A stretch of 64,000 nt of DNA from the human T2T-CHM13v2.0 reference genome, Homo sapiens: assembly GCF_009914755.1 (NCBI RefSeq), contig NC_060927.1; one strand, written 5' to 3'. Positions 63,076 through 64,000 of this stretch are shown here, one piece after another. The translations under genes and the position numbers were made by a program. The first letter of the stretch is position 1, and every line of letters starts with the position of its first letter. The notes under the pieces are model-generated. The model had not been told where the DNA came from. It did not search any database and saw only the letters and a list, made by a program, of their open reading frames with translations.

Positions 63076-64000
63076 ACCACTGTGTAATTCATATTTACTG
63101 CTGCAAAATTTAGTTAAGCATATATTTTAAAAAGCAATGAGAAAAATAACATAAAATAAGTCCTACAGCTATGGGAGTACTATTTTTAAAAATCAATTAT
63201 TCTCAGAAACACGAAAAGCTGTTTTTCAGAAATTACAACAAAGCAAACTGCTGGTAACCATCCTAGTGTATATCCATTTCTCAAAATAGTACAAGCACTT
63301 TCACAGAAAAAGCGAAGCCATTCATTATAAAATGCCCCAAAGGCATAGATTTTCTCCAAGTGAGATCCACATTTCTCTTTTGCAAAGGAAATCAATTTCA
63401 AAAATAGAGATAAATGCTTAGCAACAGCAATTCAGTTGCTTTCAGCATATGTGCTGACTGTAGAGTGTATAAATATATAGATATTTGAATACTATATATA
63501 TTTATAAGCAGTTGGAGTTGATATTTTCACCGAATGTTTAAGTGCATAGCACATTTGCAATAACATTCATGTGTACCATATCCATGTAATGAAAGCAGCA
63601 TTCATATGATAATAACATTGTAAACTTTTCAAATTAATAATTATTCAAGTATTTATTTATGTGGGAATTTTATGAAAATGAATGATTTTATGACATAAAA
63701 TTTTATAATAAATATTCCTTAAGCTATAGAGCCTTCCAAATATCTAAAATTGTTTTTAAGAAAAACACTTCCAAATATGCACATTGATATTTTAGCAGTG
63801 AAATTATACATTATTTTAACATCTATTGCCAGCTATTGTAGTTTATCTTTTGTAATTCCACAGATTAACACTAGTTCAGAAAAATATTTTCCTTTTTTTT
63901 AACATAAATATAGTGACATAGCTGGAAATGAAAGCAAGTTTGTTAGAAAATAAATGTTGTTGTTTTATAGGAGGTTAATTTTTCTGACCTGTAACTTGAC

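Overview
Primate (human-like) AT-rich, gene-poor genomic DNA made mostly of nested interspersed repeats; I find no host protein-coding exon, RNA gene, processed pseudogene or CRISPR array. It holds several L1s: a collapsed L1PA13-16-type element, an L1M2-type 5' half with a 30-bp 5'UTR array, two twin-primed (5'-inverted) L1PA copies with TSDs, and a near full-length L1PB. It also holds about 11 Alus, a full-length Tigger2 carrying nested THE1/MST and MER4-group LTRs, solo LTRs (MER52A, LTR22, MLT1/2, LTR47, MER66-like), an ERVL gag relic and a 3'-truncated LTR12F/ERV9-type provirus (gag-pro-pol). All long ORFs are transposable-element remnants. I cannot support a new protein-based biological system. 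The most unusual signal is mutational: a series of locally templated insertions and snap-back hairpin scars, concentrated at 35.7-45 kb, including a ~310-bp duplication flanking a solo LTR in place of a 4-5 bp TSD. The ERV9-type provirus also carries a tRNA-Pro-type primer-binding site. Subfamily names and consensus comparisons come from my recollection of the consensus sequences, and mismatch counts were made by eye; both need RepeatMasker/Dfam confirmation.
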